Assembly (NCBI GenBank): GCA_020057295.1
Contig: JAGVGF010000006.1
Coordinates: 179,752-243,751 of the forward strand
Source: an archaeon
Lineage (GTDB): Archaea > Nanobdellota > Nanobdellia > Woesearchaeales > UBA9642
Direction of reading: 5' to 3'
Length of the DNA: 64,000 bases
In this document: positions 20,401 to 32,400 of the stretch, in pieces
Layout: every line of letters starts with the position of its first letter
How positions within the stretch are numbered: the stretch's first letter is position 1
The notes under the pieces: generated by a model
Told to the model about the DNA's origin: nothing
Seen by the model: the letters and a program-made list of their open reading frames with translations, nothing else
The model's database searches: none
Position numbers and translations under genes: made by a program

Positions 20401-23400
20401 GGAAAACTTACTATATGTACTAAAGATTATATTGCTCCAGTAACTAAAATTACTAATCGTACAGCTTACGGATTATTAATGGACTTGAATGGCGAGATAG
20501 AAATACAAGATAATAATGCATGGCCGATAGGAGATTCAAGCATAGACACTTCATATATTAATATCGGACCATCAAAGACAACATGGATGTATTACTGCGT
20601 GTCAGCATATGGTGTAGGTCCATGTTATCCTGATAATACTATGAATTTTACTGATTCTCAACAAAAGTATAAGGTTAATTTAACTAACTTCGGTCTAAGC
20701 AATGCAAATAATAGTCAATTGTTTACGATGTATTATTTCTCTGAGGATCCTGCAAAGAATCTTGAATTAATAAAGAGTTTCACATTTAAGTTAGATACTG
20801 AAGGACCAAACGTTAATGTAAACATAGGACTTGATCCTTACAAATTAAGCAGAAATCAATGGTTAACAAATATTACTGTAGATTTACAAGTTGTTAACAA
20901 CGAATTATCTCCTCCTGTAGAATGTAAATTTACAATGCATCCCCCAGAGACTATTGATAGAGTAATATCATTCAATGGTAAGGAACAGTATAATATTCCT
21001 CGAAGAGATAATCCTTCAGATGTAAAAATATATAACATAGCTACTGACAGATTACATACAGCATATCCTGAATTAGTTAATGGCGCATATACTTGGGAGT
21101 TGGATTGTTTTGATGCAGCTAAAAATCCTACACATAAAACAGGCAGCATTCAAATTGATGGAGATCTAAGAATTAATAACCCTATTCCAAAAACTAAAAC
21201 ATTTACAACAAGAAGTCTAGCTACTGGCACAGTACACACGTATCCTGTTAATATTAGTGTTAATACTACTGGTCCTGGATTGTGTAAATACAATGATACC
21301 ACACCATCATTACCTTTCAATAGTGCTTCAATGATTTCAATGATTAATGGATCATTTAATGATACATTAAAAACACAACAACACAATGCAACTATAAATA
21401 TTCCATTAAATGAACCTTATATTAATGGGACAGGATTATATTATTATTACATTGCATGTAATGTAAGTATTAATAGCGAGTATAATGTTATTACTGGTGA
21501 TGATTCTGATAATCCTGCATTTGCAATTGATGATGCAGCACCCGAGACTAAATTAATGGATGCTGGAAGAATTCCAATAAAAGAGTATAATAGCAGTATT
21601 CCAGCAAAAGATGGTTCAGTAGAAGATGTATTGAGGTTAATATTATCCTGTGATGATAATAATACATTATTGAGAACGTTATCGAATGCTAGCATGGCGT
21701 TTGGTTGTAATAATACAGCAAGATACTACTGTATATATAATAGTTCAAATGATTGTACAAATACTGCAACATACACACAATTTACTAGTGATATAGTGTT
21801 GAACTATAATATACGTGATGGTCCAGATAAAAAAATGTATGGTAATAATCCTAGAATATTCTTCTACAGTAAAGATCTTGGCGGTAATGTTGAAGATATA
21901 AAGTATGTTCAATTAAAGCTTAAAAATAATGTTTTAGAGAATCCTAATGTTACATTATACAATCCTTATGATATTAGTAAAGATATTATGAATATTACTG
22001 CTAGAGGAATAGATATTAATCAAGCATTAATTGCTATAAAAGTTAATTATAGTGATGAAACTAATGTTAGTATAGCATCATTGTCTAAATATTATGAAGT
22101 TCATAAAATAGATAGCGATAATGCATATGTTCCATTAAGAGAAGATACTCCGCTTAATAATACTGGAGAATTCCTATTCTTTAGACAATATTGGCCTAAT
22201 GGAAAATATAATTTAACTATTAATGCTACTGATGAAGATGGCAATAATAATATTAATACTACAATATTCTATGTTGAAGCGCCAGAAAACTTTGTACAAT
22301 TACAATCACCGGTATTAGGCATAGGAACTACAAGATTCTACAACATTAATGTGTCAACATTATATGATAGTACATGCAAATATAGTACAAGTGTATATCC
22401 AGCATATATTAATCTTTCAGACTGGTATATACAGTTAGATTATAAATTATTTAATATAACTAATGTTTCTGAGAATTTATATCATAATATTGCCAATTAT
22501 GATGGTGATGCTAGCGGAACGTTATATGTAATATGTAAAACTATTGATAGTTTAGATGAAAGTAATAAATCGTATGTTATGACATCGTTCCCCGTAGGAT
22601 ATTTAACCACAAATCCTGTTGTTAAGAATATTACATTCATCGGCCAACCAACATTCGATCCATTTAATAGTACGATAATCAATGCATCATACAATGCAAC
22701 AATAATTAAAGTTATTACAGACCAAGATACCGTATGTAGAATTAATGGTACTAGCACAATATTAAACGTCTATAATATGATGTTAAATGGTTCTGGAGTT
22801 TTAGAAAATATTTCAGATTATAATAGTTACAGTACAACACACACATTATTGATAAATTACAGTGGAAGACTAGGATCCACAATCAGCGGAGTATTCAATT
22901 ATACTATTAATTGTACCAACCATGCACAGAGAACAATCGCAAATGATACAAAGATATATCTAGATTTGAATTATCCTGCACCATCATTAACATACAGCGT
23001 AAATAATTCATATATAACTCGTAAGAGCATTAATGTAACATTCAACGATCCTTACATTACAAATTATACTTATAGTATTATCACAAATATTGCAGATCCT
23101 TGTACATATCTTACTTCCAAAGCATTTGGAACAATACTAGATGTTAAAGAAACATCAAAAGTATGTGTCAAAGGAGTAGATGTTTTAGGAAGAGCAGATA
23201 CTAAAACAATTCCTATAACTATTAGAAACTTTGATAGCGGAAATGTTACTGTTATTAGTCCAAGATATTTAAAAGATAAATACATACTTGGTCAAACAGC
23301 AACATTTGATTTAGTTATTGATACTGATGTAAATGCTACATGTAAATATACTAAGGCTGCAGACTTCCTTGAGGGCGGAACTAATCCTTTAGATACACTA

Positions 23401-26400
23401 TCATTTGACTACATATATAATGATGCTAGAGCTAAGTTAATGAATACTACGAATTCTACAAGTAATATAACAGGATACAACATAGGATTTGGCGAGAATG
23501 TTTTTGAGGATTTAATAATTATATGTAAAGCAGCAAATGTCGATCCTACATCATCGCCTAACATTAGCAGAGCATTCAGTGTTGCGTGGGATAATACATC
23601 TTCAAGTATCAACATTAATGCGCCACAATTAATTGATGATATGAATAATAGAATTGCGGTATTCGATATTACTACTGATGATAATACTATGTGTTATTTC
23701 AACGGAACATTATTCAACGGAGATAAAGACAATATATTATATAATGATTCAACAAAATATGTAAGTTACAAACAAACTCATAGACACACCACATATTATA
23801 CTAATCCAGAACATTATGTTGGTAATGATATATTATATACATATAATATTACATGTATTAATACTGCGGGATTATCAGGCAAGAACAACACTAATATAAG
23901 ATTCAAGCCAGCTATTAATATATCAGTCACACGTAATAGTCCAACACTATATCTGACAAATACTAGCTTACTCGTTTCTGCAAATACATCTATACAAGCT
24001 AATTGTTCATTGTATGTCAACAACACATTCAGTAGATGGATGGCTCCTACATCAAATAATAAGACACATAATATTTTAATAGATTTGAAAGATAATGAAT
24101 ATAATCTTAATGTATCATGTTTCGTTAATAGTAATATCAGTATAAGAGGAAGTACGAATTATACAGTTATTGTCGATACTAGACCTAGCAGAGTAGAATT
24201 ATCTGCTAATTCTATAATGTGTAATTTATCATTCTTTAATGCTAGTTTGAATATTATTAGCGCATACGGCATTAAAAATTATACATACGTTGTGTATAAC
24301 GGTTTGAATAACGAGATTAACAGAACTAAAATAACTTCAAGTATGGGTCGAACATATAATACATTATTAAATTATACAACACCTACAAATGTTAATGGTG
24401 AAGCTTACAGTTTAGAAGTTTCTGCAATATTTAATGACGGCAGCACGGATAGTAAGACTGTTAGTGTAACAACATATGATCCTGCTACTGATTCTCATTG
24501 TGATTATGTTAATCCCGGATTGACTATTACTAATAAAACAATAAATGCCAATATGGCAGAAGTAAACATTAGCTGTACTGACGCTAACAGTGGATGTAAA
24601 GGATATAGTTATGATATCATACCTGTTGGATGGGATTGCGCTACACGTGCAGTATATGGAAGTTTACAAACATTCACAAATAATAATGCATCAATAATAT
24701 TAACAAACGGACAAACAGGAAGATTATGTGTAAAAGTCTATGATAATAGTGTAAATAATAATTATAATACTACTGATGTTACAATAAATACCAGAGTAGC
24801 AATATGTAGTAACGGAGAATTAGACAGGATAGACCCAGCAATAATAGCAAACTACAATCTAGCAATAGGATCAACAAATGATTACAACGAAGTATGTGAT
24901 GGAAGTAATCTAAGAATAAACAGTTGTATTAATGTGCCACATAGTCCAGCATATACTGCAGGAACATTAACATGTAACCTCGGAATATGTAGCACATATA
25001 ACGAATCACAATGCAGACAAGGAATGCCAATAACACTAACAACACCACTATACTTCGGAATAGCAAATAAAAGCATATACAATCTAACGATAACAACACC
25101 ATCAAACAGCACATGCAGACTAGTAACAACACAACTACCAGATCCACTACCAGAAGGAGTAACAATAATAGACATATACAACGAGGCAGCTGACAAAAAT
25201 TTAACAAACAGAACGAATTACAAAGAAAATTATATAACAATAAATGCAACAGAACTAAACGATACATCACTATTCAACGAATATGCTAGAATAATATGTA
25301 ATAACACAGAACCAAACGCGAATGAAACAGGACAAGCATACAATGAGATACCATTAACGTTAGGATACTACGCTAATGGACCAACATTAAATATTACAGG
25401 ACCATCTATAATAAGAGATTTCAATTCTAGAATAATTACGCTAACTGTAGATACTAATCATCCTAGTATCTGTTATATTGAAGGACCATTAACTGGAGGA
25501 GCATATGCTAAGGCAAATATACCACCAGGTAAAGCATTAAACAAATATTATGATTATGATTATACAAGATTAAGAACATTAAATTATATGGCTGTTGTTA
25601 ATCCATTAGATTATGATAAATTCAGATATAATATTAGTTGTACTGACAGAGCAAATCTAACCACAGTTAAAGAATACAACATAACATATAACATTAGTCA
25701 AGATATTAATATTACATTTAATATGGCTAATTATTCATTAAATTCTAATGTAGAAATTGCTGTTAATACAAGCGTCATAGCTAATTGTACTATATTCATA
25801 GATGGATTTAATAACGGAACTTTCGGAGCTAACGGATTAATTCATTCTAAATATTTCACATTAGGAAGCAAAAATAATCATGAGATAGGAGTACAATGTA
25901 ATATTCCTAATACCGTAATATATTCTGAAATTAAATACCATAATATTACTGTTGATTTACAAAATCCTACAGTTAATATAAGTACTATTAACACAACAAC
26001 TTGTAATCTTGAATCATTCGATGTAAAAGTCAATGGCTCTGATGATACTACGCTTATATCATATAATTATACTGTTACGAGCACAGGAATAAGTTATACT
26101 AGCGGCAGCATAAATATTCCAGATACTATAACGTTCAATAATGAAGGTAACGGATTAACTGATGGTCAAGTATACAATATTGATGTATATACCATAGATC
26201 AATTTGGTAAGAACAGCGATCATAAACAATTAGCGATAACTGCACACAGTCCAAATAATAGCATCACATGTGATAGTAGAGAACCTACTATAACTATTGG
26301 TACTGCAACAATTATCAACAACACATTTGCTACTGTAGAAATTAATTGTACAGATTCAAAGGATGTAGCTAACGGAATATCTGCTAGTGGATGTCAATCA

Positions 26401-29400
26401 AAATATAAATATGCAACAGTTCCAAAAGGAGATTGTTCTGGACTAACAGAATCAGATTACAAAGAAGCAGAATTCTCCAACACTGATGAATATTCTAGTA
26501 CGCGTAAGTTAATATTATATGGAGATGTTGCAAAATTATGTGTACGTGGAATGGATAGAAGCGGAAAATATGCATATGCTAATAAAACCATATCGTTAAA
26601 TGCAATTGGATGTGGTGATGGAATAATACAGATAAAACCAACATTATCTGATTTAGGTTATGTATCAAGTTATGATAATTGGAATCAAGCATATTACGAT
26701 AGTATAACATACGAATATTGTGATACAAATGGAGCCACAGGAGCAACAAATTTAAGCGGCCAATCCTGCCAGAGTCTCGGTGAAGGAGTTGGTGGAACAT
26801 TATCATGCCCACATACTGGTGCTAACAAATGTAATTTCGATACTAGTAATTGTGTCAAGGGAATTAATGTTATATTAATTTCTCCATTACCGTTTGGATT
26901 AGGTCAATATAATAATTATAATTTGAGTGTTGGTACAAATAATTACACTTCAGTATGTAAAATAGGTGAATTAACATATCCTGGAGATACAATTGGTTCT
27001 TTCAATTATAATACTATGAATGTAATGAATCAGAGTGTAGTAAATAGTAGTATTAACAATTATACAATAACTATGAATGGTGGAGAGTATTATTATGCGC
27101 ATAAATATATCATATGTAACGCATCAATTTCAGGATATACTGGACCTGTTCTAGGAACATTCGGAATATTAGATGTATACACGGGTTATGAAGGAACATT
27201 ACCAAACATTTCATTAGGATTAGATAGAACTAAATTATTTGATTGGAATGATAGGACAGCATATGTCTACATAAATACTACTGACACTAATGGAATTGAT
27301 GAAAATACTGTTTGTTATATCAATGATAGTGGAATACTATATAATACATATTTAATACCAAACGGAAATGTAACAGATTATAGTACATATAGTTCTAAAA
27401 AAGCAGTGTATGTTGATTTCGGATCTAGATATACTAATCCAGCATATAAAATGTTTACATATAATGTTACATGTATTAATCGTGCACAGAAAAATACTAG
27501 TAAAACAATCAATTTAGAATATAATATTGTTGATTATATCAATATAAATAAGACTTTCCCATCAAGCCAATACATTGGCAGTGCAACTACAGATCTTGAT
27601 ATAAAAACAAACATATTAGCTAGATGTACTGTCAATGATGGAACATTAAAATCAATGGACAGCACATTAAGCACTACACACACTACTAATGTTAACATAG
27701 GAAACGGATGGAAGAATGTTACAGTAATATGTACATCACCATTTGCTAGCAGTAGAACTTTAATTAATACTACAGAATTTAGATTTAGAGGAAGTACTGT
27801 TGGTCCTAATGATGTAGCAATCAATGTAACATATAATTCATGTAGTTTGAATGATGTAAATATAACATTTAATTCTACAGATGTTACTGGAACAGGAATT
27901 GATAATTATAACTACAGTATTTCATCAGGAGTCAAAGATTGGACTATTGTAAATACGGTTGGTGGAAATACACACATAAACATTAAACCATCAGTCTCGT
28001 TAGTTTCAGGATCAGAATATACTGTACAAGCAACTGCTGTTGATAAAGCTGGATTTGTATCATCAGTAACATCAACAACATTTAGAGCATTAAATAACAC
28101 TGTATGGCAATGTGATAATACTAATCCTTCAATGACAATAACATTACAACCTGTAACATCAATATATAGAAAAGATGTTGAAATTAAATGTACTGATAAT
28201 TACTGTACTACTAGTTTCGATTATGCATTGATTGACCAATCAGGAAGTTGTAATAGTGCAACATATATAACTAAATCTTATGATACAATAAATACAGATT
28301 ATAGTACTGGAAAATTAACTATTGATAATACTAGTAAAGTTTGTGTCAAAGGAAGAGACTTAAAAGGAAATCTTGGAACATACGAGTTGGTAGTTACTGT
28401 TACTGATAGAACAAGCGGAATTATTAGAATAATTTATCCAACATTCTTAGAAGGACAATATATAACATCAAATACTAGCGTTACAAACGTAGTGATAGAC
28501 ACTGGTGTAACTGCTAACTGTAGATTAACAGAAGCAACAGGAACACTACCAGCATCAAACAATGCAGTATATGCAGGATCTAAAGATTTCAACGTTACAG
28601 GAAGCACATTAAAAATACATAATATAACTAATTTCACATTCACTAACGCAAACACTCTATACGATTGGCTATTCATATGTAATAGAACTGATGTGCTTAA
28701 TGCTCCAGAAAGTGAAGCATATATTATGGATGTATACAGTTTAATGTATGATGCAACAAAACCAACAATAGATAGCGTTTCAAGTACAAGTGTAACAGAC
28801 AGATGGGATAAAAATACAGAATTAACAATAATAACTAATGAACCTACAATATGTTATAGAGATGGAGTAATAATAAATAATCTAAATACAAGCAAATATA
28901 ATGACTATAATACCAAGCACATTGAAAAGATATCTTACATATCGTTAGGAGAAACATCACAAACATTCAATTATAATATAATATGTATGAATAGAGCTAA
29001 ATTAAACAGCACAAGTTCTGGAATATCAGTGTTATACGATTTAAACGATACACTAGGATTAGTAAAGACTGCGCCAGCAAGCAGTTCAGATGATATATAC
29101 TTAGCAAGTAATAGTGTAGAATTACAAGTTAGAACTAATTTATTAGCAGTATGCACTGCAAACAATGGTAGTGTAACAAACGTTATGGAATTACAACAAC
29201 CATCAACAGATCAATACTATTACTATAATATACAATTATCAAGTCTATCAAATATTACCAATGTAAATGTAACATGTGTACGAAGTGGAAGTATAGATGA
29301 ATCACACAAATATATATTACATTCTAACGTTGTTGGTCCACAACAACCAACTGTAAGTGTATCACCAAACGTGTGTAGTTTAACTAATGTAGCACTAACA

Positions 29401-32400
29401 TTTAATGTTACAGACGCTACAGGTGTTGGTATAAGAGAATATAATTATACTATACTTAATTCAACTTTAGGAACTGCTAAGGGATGGAGTACAATAACTA
29501 GCAATACAGACACAGCAACTTTATCATTAACACCGGATCAAACATACACTGTACAATTTATAGCAACAGATAATGCTGGATTCAAATCAAGTTTAGGTGT
29601 TGGAACATTCATTCCAAGAGCAGGAACAACATGGTATTGCGATAATACATATCCTGGAATTAATGTTAGAATAGTTTCCAATTCCATATTCTACAAAGAT
29701 GTGAATGTATCATGTAATGATAATTACTGTAATACTACATTTAAATGGGACTTTATAAGTCAATCAGGAACATGTAGTGGAACATCAACATATGACAAAA
29801 CAGGATATTATAATCAATTATTATCATTCAATAATAATAGCGGAAGACTATGTGTTAAAGGATACGATTACATAGGCCATAATACATACAATGAAACAAG
29901 CGTAGATATTATAAGTAGAAATGCTGGTGTGATGAATATTACTAATCCAACATTCTTAGAAACGCAATATATTATAGCACGTTCAAATGTTACCGATATT
30001 AATTTAACTACAGATATTAGTTCAGATTGTAAATACATAGCAGGCAATAGTTCAACTAATGATACTATAGCATATTCTGGTGCAACTCCATTTACAACAA
30101 CAGGCGGAACAACGAATCATAGTATTAGCGGATTTAGAATATACAGTCAACCTAACGAATTTGAAGATTACTACTTTATATGTAAACGTAATGACATAGT
30201 TGCTTCAGAAAGTGAAGCATATGCTGTTAAGAAAGATTACAGAATAACTTACGATGGCACTAATCCTGTTATTAATAATTATAGTGCTACAGATGTTACT
30301 GATAACTTGAATAAAAAGACTAATATAAGATTAACAACTAATGAACCTACAATATGTTATTACAATAATGGATCGTTGATGAATAATGATAATATCAAGT
30401 TATATAGTAGTTATACTAAAGATCATGAGACTATTATTGATTATACATTGACATTAGATAATAATCCACATCAATTGAATTATACATTATACTGTATGAA
30501 CTTTGTAGGACTAAACAGTACAAAAGTTAATATTTCTATACGTTATGAATTCACAAATGTCTTGAATTTAACAAAAGTTAGACCTGATGGCGTAAATAAT
30601 CCTGTATATTTATCAATTAATAATACAGAATTACAAGTTAAAGTAAATATGGATTCTAGTTGTAAATATGTATTAAATGGTGGTGCTCAGACAAACATAG
30701 CATTCAGCGCTACAACAGGCAGCGAGTATTATTATACTACAACATTAAATAATTTGGCTAATAGTAATACTATAAGCGTTACATGTACAAGATCAGGAAG
30801 TCTGCCTGTGAGTGCAGTATATAATGTCTATGCTAATAATGCCGGTCCTACTAATATGAATGTAAGTGCTAATACTATAACAACTTGTGGACAACCAAAT
30901 GTTACAGTAACATTCAGTGCAACCAATACTGGTGCAGGAATTAAAGGATTTAATTATACTATAAGAGATGAAACTGCAGGAACATTTATATCAAATGCAT
31001 TTACTAATAGTACAACAGTAACAATAGATACTAGCGTATGGATTGCAGGTCATGTATATAAGATTGAATCTAGAGCTGTAGATAATGCTGATGTATCATC
31101 ATCAAGTGATTGGATTGCAATAACATCTACAACAAGTAGTGCAACAGTTTGTGATAATACAAATCCATCATTAACTATTACAGATCAACAAACATCATTC
31201 TTAGATGTTATGGATGTAAGAATATCATGTACAGATACGATTAGTGGATGCACTAGCAGATTTAATTATTCGTTATTGGATGCCAATACAAATAATTGTA
31301 CTGGCGCAACTTATGATAATACAGAATTATACACTAACAATTTAACCATTACTGATCGTGGAAGATTATGTGTTAAAGGTTATGACAGGAATAATAATTC
31401 AGGATATAATACAGAGATTGTTAATATAATGAGCAAGAATAATACCGTAAATGTTACCACAGATACGCCAATCCCTCCTGTAAATTCAATTTATCCAAAC
31501 ACTTTGACAACCACATCACGATTAATCAACGTAACATTAACTTCAACTCTCGGAGCAACATGTAGGTATGGTTTAACACCAAACAACAATAATGGATTAG
31601 CGAATATGTACACTAATTACATACCGTTCAACACATCAGGAGACACCACACACATAATCAGAGAATTTGATACTCAAGAAAAGTACGAACAACTAGTTGA
31701 TGTAATATGTTACAATCAGAGTTTAAGTGCTACACCATATTCTAGATTAACATTACGAATAGTATATATCTCCAGTACAAGTACGCCTTTAATACAGTTT
31801 ACAGCACAGCCAAGTATTGTTTATGATTGGAATAATCGTAAAGCTAAATTGATTATAACGACTAATCAAGAGACTGTATGTACATTAACTTCAGCTAACG
31901 ACAACAAAAATAATTTACCAACAGATATTGGTAATTATAGTAATGCATTGACTTATCAATTAAATCATGAAAAAGATTTAGATTATACAGGATATGATAT
32001 TAGTATTAGAACATTTACTTACAGTGTTACATGTAAGAATCTTGTACAATTATCTTCAAGCAATACAACCGCTATATTATATAATGTCAGCAAGAACATA
32101 TCTATTGAATTAATCTCTCCATTAAATTATAATTCAAGTACTGTAGATTTAATGATTAATACTAGTTTAATAGCTAATTGTAATTTATTATTAGATGGAA
32201 CTGATAAGGGAGCATTAAGTAAAGATAATACCGGATTATTCCACAACATCGTTTTAACAGGATTAGTTAACGGAACATATAATACTGAATTTAGATGTAT
32301 TGTACCAATATTAGGTGTTACTGTATCTAAGAATTATAGTATTACTGTTAATACAAGTAGACCAAGAACATATTGTGGAGATGGTTTGACACAATTCATG

